A DNA stretch of 64,000 bases, from assembly GCA_963793425.1 (NCBI GenBank), contig CAWCAG010000009.1, positions 928,001 to 992,000 on the forward strand, given 5' to 3'. Made by a program: the position numbers and the translations under genes. Under the pieces are notes generated by a model that worked only from the letters and a program-made list of their open reading frames with translations, had not been told where the DNA came from and did no database searches. Positions 38,971 to 49,333 of this stretch are shown here, piece after piece (the first letter of the stretch is position 1; each line of letters begins with the position of its first letter). The stretch comes from an uncultured cyanobacterium (GTDB taxonomy: Bacteria > Cyanobacteriota > Cyanobacteriia > Cyanobacteriales > CAWCAG01).

Positions 38971-39765
38971 TTATTCTCTTGCTGGCAGCGAAACCAACAA
39001 CATTTCATTACCTCCCTGTTGAAATTCGTAAGCAACTTTTTCAATTCTAGCTTCGTATCCTTTCTCTCTTAATTGTTCAATAACTGGTTGAATATAAGGA
39101 GAAGCTTCACCAGTAAAATTTTCTAAAAGGGGAAAAATTCGTACTTCTTTAGCTACTCTACATAACTCTAAAATAGCAGTTAGATGAAAATCCCCAGAAA
39201 GTTGTTCTGAATAAGTAAAAAGAAAGTGACTACATAAAGCTAAGTCAAAACTATTATCTGGAAAAGGAAGGAATTGGCACAGAAATAAAACACCTGCCAT
39301 AACATCAAATTCTCGCAGGAGTAGCCAAATAATTGGTAGTTTATTAAAGTTAAATTCTAAGTCTTTAAGTTCAGGAAGTTGTCGGCTAAGATAGCGCCCC
39401 TCCACCTTACCTTGAGAAAAATCTGTTAAAAACTTATCCATCGCTTCCATTCTTAACTTAGATAATTCCAAGGGAGATTCTATTTCTTGCCAAACAAATC
39501 TATCTAAGCTAGCTTGTAACCCAGCAACAATGAGTGCAGTAGTTTCTTGAATACGGCTTCTTATTTCTGCTTCTGTAAACTGGTAAATAGGATCACAGGA
39601 AATAACTTTATTACCCCTATAGTTCATTTCTGCATTAAAACTAGCAGGGCCACCTGCACAATCAAGAATTTTCTTGTCTAAATCAGCTTTTGTTAAACTA
39701 AACATTTTAGTATATTCAACAAAAGAACGTCCCCAAGGCACAACGTTGTTTAATTTGAAACTCAC
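38971..39765 (-). CDS. SAM-dependent methyltransferase with a 33-aa in-frame insertion
   Basis: VVPWGRS, ILDCAGGPASF, FDLALCSHFLF and EFQQGGNEML. Confidence 0.85.
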   Translation of the reverse strand: MSFKLNNVVPWGRSFVEYTKMFSLTKADLDKKILDCAGGPASFNAEMNYRGNKVISCDPIYQFTEAEIRSRIQETTALIVAGLQASLDRFVWQEIESPLELSKLRMEAMDKFLTDFSQGKVEGRYLSRQLPELKDLEFNFNKLPIIWLLLREFDVMAGVLFLCQFLPFPDNSFDLALCSHFLFTYSEQLSGDFHLTAILELCRVAKEVRIFPLLENFTGEASPYIQPVIEQLREKGYEARIEKVAYEFQQGGNEMLLVSLPARE

Positions 39766-39859
39766 AATTGATTTTTTTCCTCACATCATCAGTATAAAAT
39801 AGTAACACTTATTAGCTATTTCCCATTAGCCAATTCCTCTCAACTTATTACCTAGAAAA

Positions 39860-41743
39860 ATGACTTATTGCCTCAATTCTGCTTGTAGCAAACCACAAAA
39901 CTCTGACTCAGGGAAGTTTTGTATTAATTGTGGTTCTCGGCTACGCTTAGGCGATCGCTTCCGTGCTATTAAATTGATTAGTCAAGGAGGTTTTGGGCGA
40001 ACTTTTTTAGGTGTTGATGAAGGTAATAAAATACAAGCAGAATGCGTCATCAAACAAGTTTTACTAGTTTATCAAGGAACTAAAAACAGCCAAGAAGCAG
40101 AAGCAAAGTTTCGGACAACTTGTCAGCAATTACAAAAAGTTGGTCAACATCCACAAATACCCTCCCTTTTAGGTTACTTTGAAGGTAATAACCTCATGTC
40201 ATCTACTGTAGTTCAAGAACTAATTTCTGGGGCAAGCTTACAAGAAGACTTGCTTAAACAAGGGGCTTGGGGAGAAGAAAAAGTTAAAGAACTTCTTAAT
40301 GAATTCCTTCCTATCTTACAATTTATTCACGACCAAGGAGTAATTCATCGTGACCTTAACCCTAATAATATTATTTACGTTTCTAATCCCCATAAAAAGA
40401 GAGCGAAAGTAGAAATCACTGCTGTTCAACAAGAAGAGAGAAAGTTATTTATTGTTGATTTTAGTGCGGCTAAAGTGACAACCAAAACTGCTTTAGCTAA
40501 GCAAGGTACAGTAATTGGTTCGGCTTCCTATACTGCCCCAGAACAATTAATGGGACAAGCTATTTATGCTAGTGATATTTATAGTTTAGGAGTAATTTGT
40601 ATTTACTTGCTAACTCAAATTGATCCTTTCGATCTCTTTAGTCGTTATGAAGCTAAATGGGTATGGCAGGATTATTTACTCAATCCTGTAAGTGATAAAT
40701 TAGCAGCAGTTATTAACAAAATGTTGGCGGAAAAAGCTCAGGAACGCTATCAGTCTGCCACAGAAGTTTTCCAAGACCTTAATTCTGGTCAAACTATCAC
40801 TCTTTTTCCTAAACAAAAACAAACTCTTCCTAAATCTACTTTATCTACTTTAGCTCCTACCTGGCATTGTTTAGCAACCTTAGAAGGTCATTCAAGTTCA
40901 ATTCATGATTTAAGTTTTAGCTTGGATGGTAAATATCTGGCTAGTTGTGGTGCGGATAGAAAGGTAAAAATGTGGGACTTAAGTAGTAAGAAATTAACCC
41001 AGGACTTTCTCGGACATAAAAGCTTAATTGAAGCAGTTACTTTTAGTCCTGAAGGGAAAATAATTATTAGCGGTAGTTGGGACAGTCAAATTAAAGTTTG
41101 GCAAGTAGAAACAGGAGAAGAAATTGCTAATTTAACAGGACATACAGGCTGGATTAAAACTTTAGCGATTAGTAATGATGGAGGAACTCTAGTTAGTGGT
41201 AGTGCGGATAAAACCATTAAACTCTGGGATTTAACCACTAATGAACTTAAACATACTTTCCCTACTCAAGAAGATACTATTCAGAGTTTACAAATTAGTT
41301 CTGATGGTCATAATTTAGTTAGTGGTAGTAGCGATGGCACAGTCAAGTTTTGGGATTTACAAACTTACCAATTAAAGCAAGAAATTAAAGCCCATAGCCA
41401 AGAAGTAACTTCTTTAGCTTTCACCCCTAGTAATAAAATCATGATTAGTTCTAGTGGTGACGGCACAATTAAGTTTTGGCAGCTAGAAAATGGTAACTCA
41501 ATAAAAACAATTACTTCTAACTCAACTTCAATTAATGACCTCGCTATCAATCGAGAGGGCAATCTTTTGGTTAGTGGCAATCAAGATAATACCGTGAAAA
41601 TATATCATCCTAGTAGTGGCAGTTTGTTACACGAGTTAACTGGGCATGACTCAGGAGTATTAGGTGTAACTATAAGTATTGATAGTAAAATTATTGCTAG
41701 TGCTTCCCGTGATAAAACGGTTAAACTTTGGCAATATTCTTGA
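39860..41743 (+). CDS. Ser/Thr protein kinase with WD40 repeats
   Basis: 4-Cys prefix, GGFGRT, HRDLNPNN, APE, about seven WD40 repeats. Confidence 0.92.
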   Translation: MTYCLNSACSKPQNSDSGKFCINCGSRLRLGDRFRAIKLISQGGFGRTFLGVDEGNKIQAECVIKQVLLVYQGTKNSQEAEAKFRTTCQQLQKVGQHPQIPSLLGYFEGNNLMSSTVVQELISGASLQEDLLKQGAWGEEKVKELLNEFLPILQFIHDQGVIHRDLNPNNIIYVSNPHKKRAKVEITAVQQEERKLFIVDFSAAKVTTKTALAKQGTVIGSASYTAPEQLMGQAIYASDIYSLGVICIYLLTQIDPFDLFSRYEAKWVWQDYLLNPVSDKLAAVINKMLAEKAQERYQSATEVFQDLNSGQTITLFPKQKQTLPKSTLSTLAPTWHCLATLEGHSSSIHDLSFSLDGKYLASCGADRKVKMWDLSSKKLTQDFLGHKSLIEAVTFSPEGKIIISGSWDSQIKVWQVETGEEIANLTGHTGWIKTLAISNDGGTLVSGSADKTIKLWDLTTNELKHTFPTQEDTIQSLQISSDGHNLVSGSSDGTVKFWDLQTYQLKQEIKAHSQEVTSLAFTPSNKIMISSSGDGTIKFWQLENGNSIKTITSNSTSINDLAINREGNLLVSGNQDNTVKIYHPSSGSLLHELTGHDSGVLGVTISIDSKIIASASRDKTVKLWQYS

Positions 41744-41786
41744 TAAGTTGTTGGTGTTAAACCAGCTTAGTTAATCATAATTTCTC

Positions 41787-42503
41787 ATGAATAAAGAATT
41801 TTTTGACAGATTATACAAAGGTTACGCAGCAGAAAATTTCATAACTATGCAGCTTTATGAAAATGGCTTTGAAGCTTTTCGTTTACCGGCTGATTTTGGG
41901 CTTGATCTTGTCGTTACTAATCAATTCAAAACATTAGATAATAGAGAGATACCTGACGATTGTTTCCCCTTTGGATTACAAGTTAAATCTAGACGTTTAA
42001 GGAAAGATGAGAGCAGAAGAACAAAAAAAGGAAGAGACGAGTACAACTTCTATTACTTATTGAAAAATGAGGAAATTGAAACTCTTAAGACATTTCCTAA
42101 TTCTGCCTATGTGTTTGTTTTCCTAATACCTTTTGGTATTTCAATCAAAAATATCTACGCATTTTGTATTCATTCAAATGAAATTGATAATATGATTAAG
42201 CATAAATTTTTTATTAAAAGTGGTGAAGGATATAAATTAAATGTTCGTTTTAGAGGATTTCCGCAAGAGAGTCGTGAAAAATTTATCAAAGAGATGTTAG
42301 ATATAAGTCCACTCACTCAGGAGGGAAAAGAGTATTTAGAGAGTAACTTACCAGGATCTTTCCAGAAAAACTGGAACGCTTCGGAATACGTCTCTCTAGG
42401 TAGAGAATCAAAAAAAAATCCAGACAAACTCGCGAAAAAACGTGTTTTGCTTTTTTATGACTTTTCAAAATTTCCGCATTTTGAGGCAATCGAGTACTTA
42501 TAA
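41787..42503 (+). CDS. Putative PD-(D/E)XK (restriction endonuclease-like) nuclease
   Basis: GYAAE helix, D.GLDLVV, LQVKS catalytic pattern. Confidence 0.6.
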   Translation: MNKEFFDRLYKGYAAENFITMQLYENGFEAFRLPADFGLDLVVTNQFKTLDNREIPDDCFPFGLQVKSRRLRKDESRRTKKGRDEYNFYYLLKNEEIETLKTFPNSAYVFVFLIPFGISIKNIYAFCIHSNEIDNMIKHKFFIKSGEGYKLNVRFRGFPQESREKFIKEMLDISPLTQEGKEYLESNLPGSFQKNWNASEYVSLGRESKKNPDKLAKKRVLLFYDFSKFPHFEAIEYL

Positions 42504-42650
42504 CTTCTGATTACTGAAGTTCATAACGAAGCCCTTTGTAGCTATTAATCAACTTGAATTTTTACTTCAAGAAACTGTAGAGTACAATCACTCATCACCA
42601 CAAACCAGGTTAACAGGAGAAAACCCAGCATTTATTTTAAGTTATTTCTT

Positions 42651-43481
42651 TTAAATAGGACTAACCTTAATCTCTTCTACTTCTGTCATTTCTTCTGTGG
42701 GGACAAAATTGAAAGTATCAGCAGTTACTGGAGGGTTAGCAACTCTACTATTAATTTGCTCAGTAGCTTCTATATTTAACTCTTCGCTAACTCCTTGAAA
42801 ATTAACTTGTTTGAGCATTTTGCTAACAGGATCTAACACTACCCCAATATTAAAACCAGAACCCTCATCGTTAAACTCATAAGCAGCATATTGTTGTTCT
42901 TCAATAGTAACCGCTTCGCCACTAAGAGAATCAGGAACACTAGAACCCAATAGACTCTCAATCATAGCAATGTCTGTTCCTTCATTAAGGAAACTACGGA
43001 AGAAAGGAGGAATTTGTAAGAATAAAGTAGAGGATAAACCAATCAAAAAAGAATCAGTGGAACCGTCAAAACTTTCATAATCAGTAACCTGATAAATTTG
43101 TTTCTCTGGTTGGTATATCCAGACACTTTCACCATTAGAAATCACTTCATAACGATTACCTGGAGTCTCTCCTAATTGACCGAAGACAATTTCTGAGCGA
43201 AACTTATTAGGTGAGCTAACTGTAGTATTAATTTGCACGTAAACTTTAAATTCTACTCCCGGAGATTGCCCATCTACTTGCAAGTAGGATTGTGTTGTGT
43301 AGGTATCATATTGCAGAAAATCCCGTAAAGATTCTATCAACAAAGACAAGTCGGAGTTACTATTGGGCTGTTGAGTTTGAGCCTGAAGAAATTTACTAGG
43401 AGAATTTAACAGAGGAGAAGCACTAGCTTGAAGGGATATAAGTGCTGTGAGGGTAGCCAGTAAAGGAATAATTTGACGCAT
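42651..43481 (-). CDS. Secreted LolA-like / DUF2092 protein
   Basis: Signal peptide; PNKFR, ISNGESVWIY..QIYQ and TFNFVP. Confidence 0.75.
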   Translation of the reverse strand: MRQIIPLLATLTALISLQASASPLLNSPSKFLQAQTQQPNSNSDLSLLIESLRDFLQYDTYTTQSYLQVDGQSPGVEFKVYVQINTTVSSPNKFRSEIVFGQLGETPGNRYEVISNGESVWIYQPEKQIYQVTDYESFDGSTDSFLIGLSSTLFLQIPPFFRSFLNEGTDIAMIESLLGSSVPDSLSGEAVTIEEQQYAAYEFNDEGSGFNIGVVLDPVSKMLKQVNFQGVSEELNIEATEQINSRVANPPVTADTFNFVPTEEMTEVEEIKVSPI

Positions 43482-43585
43482 AATTAATCTAAATCTTGTT
43501 CAACAAAAAAACGATGGTAAATTAGGCTGAGTTGATTAATACTAGTTTAAACGCATCTTGGCTTAGTGGTTTCTTCTTAATAGTT

Positions 43586-44185
43586 ATGTCCAAGGAATTT
43601 CTAAGTACAATTGCTACAGCCCTGACATTCGCTCTATTTTTTCCCTACATCCGCTCGATTCAACGGGGAGAAACGAAGCCTCATGTTTTCTCATGGGTGA
43701 TCTGGGGACTTGGTACTTTGATTGTCTCTTTTGCTCAACTCGCAGGCGGCGGCGGTGCGGGGGCTTGGGTTATCTGTATTTCTGGGCTGATATCGAGTTA
43801 TATCGCTCTACTTGCCTATCTCAAGCGCGGTGATATCATCATTACCAAGACTGATTGGTTATTTTTCATAGCGGCACTCTGGGCATTACCTTGTTGGTTT
43901 CTCACCTCTAACCCTTTGTGGGCAGTGGTTACACTTACTATGGTAGACCTATTTGGGTTTGGACCGACCATCAGGAAGGCTTATATACAACCCTATGAGG
44001 AGAGAGTCGGCTTTTTCGCCCTTTCTTCTTTCCGCAATCTCTTAGTTATCTTAGCTTTGGAGCATTACTCCCTTACTACAGTTTTGTTTCCCGCCGTTGT
44101 TGGCTTTGTTTGCCTCCTTGTCGCTTTTTTGTTGGCTTATCGGAGACTTTTACTAACAAAGCAGACTATCAAGAAAGACAGTTAA
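43586..44185 (+). CDS. Polytopic membrane protein of unknown function
   Basis: PYIRSI..GETKPHVFSWVIW, multiple TM helices, PTIRKAY. Confidence 0.75.
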   Translation: MSKEFLSTIATALTFALFFPYIRSIQRGETKPHVFSWVIWGLGTLIVSFAQLAGGGGAGAWVICISGLISSYIALLAYLKRGDIIITKTDWLFFIAALWALPCWFLTSNPLWAVVTLTMVDLFGFGPTIRKAYIQPYEERVGFFALSSFRNLLVILALEHYSLTTVLFPAVVGFVCLLVAFLLAYRRLLLTKQTIKKDS

Positions 44186-44188
44186 GCA

Positions 44189-44226
44189 AGGTGGGCAAGG
44201 GAAAATTAATGATCACTGCCCACCCC
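44189..44226. terminator. REP-like hairpin between convergent genes
   Basis: GGTGGGCA ... TGCCCACC. Confidence 0.45.
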
Positions 44227-44234
44227 ACAAATAA

Positions 44235-45518
44235 CTACGCTAAAGCTGGGACAGGAATTTGTAAATGAGGATAAAGGGGGAAGCAATCGCATAAAGCAGT
44301 CACCCTATTTTTACAATCGCTTTTAATCGCCTCATCCTCTGGATTTAAAAGACAATCGGCGATAATATTAGCAATTTCCGTAAACTCTTTACTACCCATG
44401 CCCCTAGTTGTCATAGCCGGGGAACCCAGGCGCAAACCACTGGTAACAAACGGTGATTCCGGATCAAAAGGAACAGTATTTTTATTAGCAGTAATGTTCA
44501 CTTCACTCACCAGGGCATCTGCACGTTTACCTGTCATGCCAATGGAACGCAAATCCACTAACAGGAGGTGGTTGTCTGTACCATCAGAAACGATCTTAAA
44601 CCCTCTTTTATTTAACCCTGTAGCTAAAGTTTGGGCATTGCTAATTACCTGTCTGCAGTAGTTTTTGAAATCATCACTCAAAGCTTCCCCAAAAGCCACT
44701 GCCTTAGCTGCAATTACGTGTTCTAAAGGTCCCCCTTGAGAGCCAGGGAAGACACCTTTATTCAACTTCTTGCCTAAATCTGCATCGCGACTAAGAATCA
44801 AGCCGCCACGGGGGCCACGGAGAGTTTTGTGGGTGGTTGTGGTAACAACATCACAGTGAGGAATGGGGTTAGGATGGTGTCCTGTAGCTACCAAACCAGC
44901 AATGTGGGCGATGTCTGCGAGTAAGTATGCCCCCACTTCATCGGCAATCTCCCTAAACTTGGCAAAGTCAATGGTACGAGAATAAGCAGAATAGCCACAA
45001 ATAATTAATTTAGGTTGTTCTTTTTTCGCTAATTCCCGAATCTGCTCAAAGTCTAATCTTTCTGTATCGGGGTTAACGCCATACTGCACCACCTTAAACC
45101 ACTTACCAGAAACATTAACCGGCGAACCATGGGTTAAATGTCCACCATGGGACAAATCCATACCCATAATTGTGTCCCCCGGTTTTAGTAAAGTAAGGAA
45201 GACAGCAAAGTTAGCTTGGGCTCCAGAATGGGGTTGAACATTAGCACTAGCTGCACCGAATAATTCTTTAGCGCGATCTATGGCTAGTTGTTCTACTAGA
45301 TCATGGTATTCACAGCCACCATAGTAGCGTTTTCCTGGCAACCCTTCAGCATACTTATTGGTCATCATCGAACCTTGAGCAGCCATTACTGCTGGGGAAG
45401 TGAAGTTTTCACTGGCAATTAATTCGAGGTGGCTTCTTTGCCGCTTAAGTTCTAAGTTAAGAATTTCTGCAACTTTGGGGTCTGTTTGAGCTAAAAAATC
45501 TAAGTTAGTTTGAGTCAT
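44235..45518 (-). CDS. glyA: Serine hydroxymethyltransferase
   Basis: LIASEN, NKYAEG, RYYGG, GGHLTHG and [13 protein letters not shown]. Confidence 0.98.
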   Translation of the reverse strand: MTQTNLDFLAQTDPKVAEILNLELKRQRSHLELIASENFTSPAVMAAQGSMMTNKYAEGLPGKRYYGGCEYHDLVEQLAIDRAKELFGAASANVQPHSGAQANFAVFLTLLKPGDTIMGMDLSHGGHLTHGSPVNVSGKWFKVVQYGVNPDTERLDFEQIRELAKKEQPKLIICGYSAYSRTIDFAKFREIADEVGAYLLADIAHIAGLVATGHHPNPIPHCDVVTTTTHKTLRGPRGGLILSRDADLGKKLNKGVFPGSQGGPLEHVIAAKAVAFGEALSDDFKNYCRQVISNAQTLATGLNKRGFKIVSDGTDNHLLLVDLRSIGMTGKRADALVSEVNITANKNTVPFDPESPFVTSGLRLGSPAMTTRGMGSKEFTEIANIIADCLLNPEDEAIKSDCKNRVTALCDCFPLYPHLQIPVPALA

Positions 45519-45764
45519 AGTTGATACTTAAAAGATGCGATGGCAATTTATATACAAATCAGGTTTTAGTTTTGAATAGAGAAGCTAGTTTACTCCTCTA
45601 TCCCGATTAAATATAATAACTCTGTTTGTTTAGGTGATACCAAATCTGGCAGCTAAAGTGTTTTTATCAAATCGAGAATTCTTTGTAGAGTGGTCATGCC
45701 CAACCTTGTATATTGGTTTTATACAAACTGTCCTAAGTTATAAATCATCTTAAGGGAATCTATA

Positions 45765-46918
45765 ATGACCTCTACCATCACCATCAATGAAAACCACCGC
45801 CTTCCCCTAGAAAAACTCAGCTTGCCTAAGCGGGTTTTACTGGCCCTGGCCCTTCTAATGCCCATCCTCAAGTGCTGCAAGCCTTGAGTACTGAACCTGT
45901 AGGACATTTGGATCCTAGTTATTTGTCTTTAATGGACGAGGTACAAGAATTATTACGCTACACTTGGCAGACTAGTAATCCTACCACCATGAGTATTAGC
46001 GGTACAGGTAGTGCAGCCATGGAAGCTACCCTAGCTAATGTTGTGGAACCAGAAGATATTGTTTTGGTGGGGGTGATGGGGTATTTTGGTCATCGCCTGG
46101 TAGATATGGCAGGGCGTTATGGGGCTGATGTCCGTACGATGGCAAAACCTTGGGGAGAAGTGTTTAGCTTAGAAGAATTGCGTAGCAACCTAGAAAAACA
46201 TCGCCCTGGGGTGCTTGCTTTAGTTCATGCTGAAACTTCTACGGGGGCTTGTCAACCATTAGAAGGCGTAGGCAAATTATGTCAAGAGTTTGACTGCTTG
46301 CTACTTGTAGATAGTGTCACTAGTTTAGGGGGTGTTCCTTTATTTATTGATGATTGGGGAATTGATTTATCCTACAGTTGTTCTCAAAAAGGCTTAAGCT
46401 GTCCTCCTGGTTTAGCACCTTTCACCATGAGTCCCCGCGCAATGGAAAAGTTACAGCAACGACAAAGCAAGGTGGCTAACTGGTATTTAGATATTTCCCT
46501 ATTAAACAAATATTGGGGGCAAGAACGCATCTATCACCATACCGCCCCTGTTAATATGAACTATGCTTTGCGGGAAGCTTTACGCTTATTATCTCAAGAA
46601 GGCTTAGCAACACGCTGGCAACGTCATCAAAATAATGCTCAGTTACTTTGGGATGGTTTAGCAGATTTGGGCTTAGAATGCCATGTCGAGAAAGAATTCC
46701 GCTTGCCAACATTAACCACAGTTTCCATTCCTGAAGGGGTAGACGGTAAAGCAATTGGTAAAAAACTATTGCAAGATTACAACATTGAAATTGGTGGCGG
46801 CTTAGGAGAATTAGCAGGGCAGGTTTGGCGTATTGGTTTGATGGGTTATAACAGTAAGCCAGAGAATGTTGAATTAATTCTCAAAGCTTTGCAAGAAGTT
46901 TTGAACAATAATCAATGA
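45765..46918 (+). CDS. Alanine/serine-glyoxylate aminotransferase (class V) with a 1-bp frameshift near 45843
   Basis: ATG 45765 MTSTITINEN..RVLL; adding one G gives GPGPSNAHP; then SGTGSAAME, HAETSTG, SQKGL and RIGLMG. Confidence 0.9.
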
Positions 46919-46979
46919 GCAATGCCAACTCTGTTTCTCCCGCGATTACCGAAGATAATGGGTTTAAAGCCCCGTCCTT

Positions 46980-47378
46980 TTAGGGCGGCTTTTCTTGATT
47001 CTTAATATACTCTTTTAGGACTGATAGCGGCGCACCGCCAACAGAAATAGCAAAATAGCTAGGACTCCACAACGACTGCTTGTGGGGTTTTTTAAATCTA
47101 GCTTGTCCATAACGACGACTGGATACCCCTTTTAAGGCATTAATTGTTTGAGAAATAGATAATTTAGGTGGGTATTCAATCAGCGAGTGAATATGATCTG
47201 CTTCTCCATTAAACTCTAAAATTTGAAAATCCATTTTTTTTGCAACGTCTGTAAAGGATTTTTCGATTAAGTCTAAGCTTTCAGTCGTTAATACAGGCAT
47301 ACGATATTTAGTTACGCAGACCAAATGAATCTTTAGGTCTGTAATACTATGCCTTCCTTTCCGGAATGGGGTTGTCAT
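46980..47378 (-). CDS. tnpA: Y1 HUH transposase TnpA
   Basis: HLVCVTKYR, DHIH (HUH), LWSPSYF and EYIKNQ. Confidence 0.95.
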   Translation of the reverse strand: MTTPFRKGRHSITDLKIHLVCVTKYRMPVLTTESLDLIEKSFTDVAKKMDFQILEFNGEADHIHSLIEYPPKLSISQTINALKGVSSRRYGQARFKKPHKQSLWSPSYFAISVGGAPLSVLKEYIKNQEKPP

Positions 47379-47429
47379 TTGCTGTAGACCAATATAGTAT
47401 ACAAGTACAGACCAATTGTAGCATTAGCC

Positions 47430-48653
47430 ATGAAAGCTAGATACAAATTCCGTTTCTATCCAACAAGCCAACAAAAGCAGCTTTTAGCTCAGTTGTTTGG
47501 TTGTGTTCGTGTAGTTTGGAATGATGCCCTGGCTATTTGCAAGCAGTCTGAAAAGCTACCCAAAAACGGAGACTTGCAAAAAACCTGCATTACCCAAGCC
47601 AAGAAAACTGTAGAACGTATTTGGTTAAGTGAAGTTTCCAGTACTGCCCTACAGCAATCCATTGCCGATTTAGGAGTTGCTTACAAAAACTTTTTTGACT
47701 CGTGCAAGGGAAAACGAAAGGGTAGAAAAGTTGGTTATCCCAAGTTCAAAAAGCGCACAAGCGACCAGTCAGCAAGGTTAACCCGTGGCGGGTTCAAACT
47801 CACTGGAGAGAAAGTCTATCTAGCCAAGATAGGAGATATAAAACCTATCTGGTCGAGAGAACTTCCCTCAACTCCGAGTTCTGTCACAGTAATCAAAGAC
47901 TGCGCTGATAGGTACTTTGTGAGCTTTATCGTCGAGATTAACCCAAGCAAATTGCCAGATAATAACAAAAGTATAGGCATTGATTTGGGTATAACTGACT
48001 TTGCCACTACGAGTAATGGAGAAAAGTATAAAGCCCCTAAGCCGTTAAAGCGTCGGCTTAAAAGGCTTAGGAAGCTGCAACGTAACCTAGCTAGGAAAAC
48101 CAAGGGTAGTGAAAGGAGAGAAAAAGCCAGAAAGCGGGTAGCCAAACTTCATGCCAAAGTAAAAGATACTCGTGCAGACTTCCTTCACAAACTGTCTACT
48201 AAAATAATCCGTGAGAACCAAACAATTGTTTTAGAAGACTTAAACGTATCTGGTATGGTCAAGAACCGTAAGCTTTCTCGTGCTATCAGTGATTTAGGTT
48301 GGCGTGATTTTAGAACCATGCTAGAAGCCAAATCCGTTATGTATGGTAGAGAGTTCAAGGTAATTAGTCGTTGGGAGCCTACTAGCCAGACTTGCTCTTG
48401 CTGTGGTTTCAGAGGTGGCAAGAAAGAACTCGGAATTAGGAAATGGACTTGTTTAAATTGCGGCGCTGTACATGATAGAGACATCAACGCCGCCATAAAC
48501 ATCTTGGTCGCGGGTGGACAATCCGAGACTTTAAACGGACGTGGAGGCAGGCGTAAGACTATCTCGGTAGCAGCACCCATTGAAGCGTCAACTCGCCAAG
48601 AATTCAAACAACGACAGTTGCTTGAATTCTTATTGGAATCCCCGATCCTTTAG
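47430..48653 (+). CDS. tnpB: RNA-guided endonuclease TnpB
   Basis: FGCVRVVWN, IGIDLG (RuvC-I), LEDL (RuvC-II), CSCCG/CLNCG zinc finger, DRDINAA (RuvC-III). Confidence 0.96.
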   Translation: MKARYKFRFYPTSQQKQLLAQLFGCVRVVWNDALAICKQSEKLPKNGDLQKTCITQAKKTVERIWLSEVSSTALQQSIADLGVAYKNFFDSCKGKRKGRKVGYPKFKKRTSDQSARLTRGGFKLTGEKVYLAKIGDIKPIWSRELPSTPSSVTVIKDCADRYFVSFIVEINPSKLPDNNKSIGIDLGITDFATTSNGEKYKAPKPLKRRLKRLRKLQRNLARKTKGSERREKARKRVAKLHAKVKDTRADFLHKLSTKIIRENQTIVLEDLNVSGMVKNRKLSRAISDLGWRDFRTMLEAKSVMYGREFKVISRWEPTSQTCSCCGFRGGKKELGIRKWTCLNCGAVHDRDINAAINILVAGGQSETLNGRGGRRKTISVAAPIEASTRQEFKQRQLLEFLLESPIL

Positions 48654-48779
48654 GGCGGGGAGGATGTCAATCCGTAGTCAGCAAACTTAACAACATAAAT
48701 AGAATAAGCTAGTGGCTAGTGGCTAGCGGGTAATCGCCAGTCACTGAAATCTTAGACTTGCTGAGGATATTTTATTTAT

Positions 48780-49295
48780 ATGTTTTTTAACAGTTGGGAT
48801 AACATAATTCATACCCTTTGTGTAGGTACTCTTGGTTATATTTTTATCATTATCCTGCTTCGTATTTCTGGAAAGCGGACTTTATCAAAATGGAATGCTT
48901 TTGATTTTGTTGTTACAGTCGCTTTCGGTTCTATCCTCGCAACCTTATTATTATCAAAAGACACTTCCTTACTTCAAGGAATTATAGGATTTGCTCTTTT
49001 AGTAGTGTTTCAATTTATGATTAGCTGGCTTTCTGTTCATTCTGACAAATTCCAAGCAGCTATCAAATCAACACCAGCTTTGCTACTTTATCAAGGTCAA
49101 TTTCAAGAGCATAGTTTACGCAAAGAAAGAGTTACCAAAGAAGAGGTTAAAGCAGCCATCCGTAACAGTGGTGTTGGGGCGGTAGAAGATATAGAAGCTG
49201 TGGTTTTAGAAACTGATGGTAGTTTTAGTGTTATTAAAAAGCTTAATGGTAAATCAGCATCGGCTCTTGTTGATGTGAAAGGATATCCTGTTTAA
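48780..49295 (+). CDS. DUF421 (YetF-like) membrane protein
   Basis: GKRTLSKWNAFDF and VLETDGSFSV. Confidence 0.9.
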   Translation: MFFNSWDNIIHTLCVGTLGYIFIIILLRISGKRTLSKWNAFDFVVTVAFGSILATLLLSKDTSLLQGIIGFALLVVFQFMISWLSVHSDKFQAAIKSTPALLLYQGQFQEHSLRKERVTKEEVKAAIRNSGVGAVEDIEAVVLETDGSFSVIKKLNGKSASALVDVKGYPV

Positions 49296-49333
49296 AGATA
49301 GTATTAATATGGGTTTAACCATGATAACTAATA

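Larger units (their letters stand above)
46950..48670 (+). mobile_element. IS200/IS605-family element (divergent tnpA + tnpB) with IS608-type ends
   Basis: TTAC target at 46946-49; AAAG guide 46966-69 plus hairpin; right end GAAT 48636-39, hairpin, TCAA 48667-70. Confidence 0.92.
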
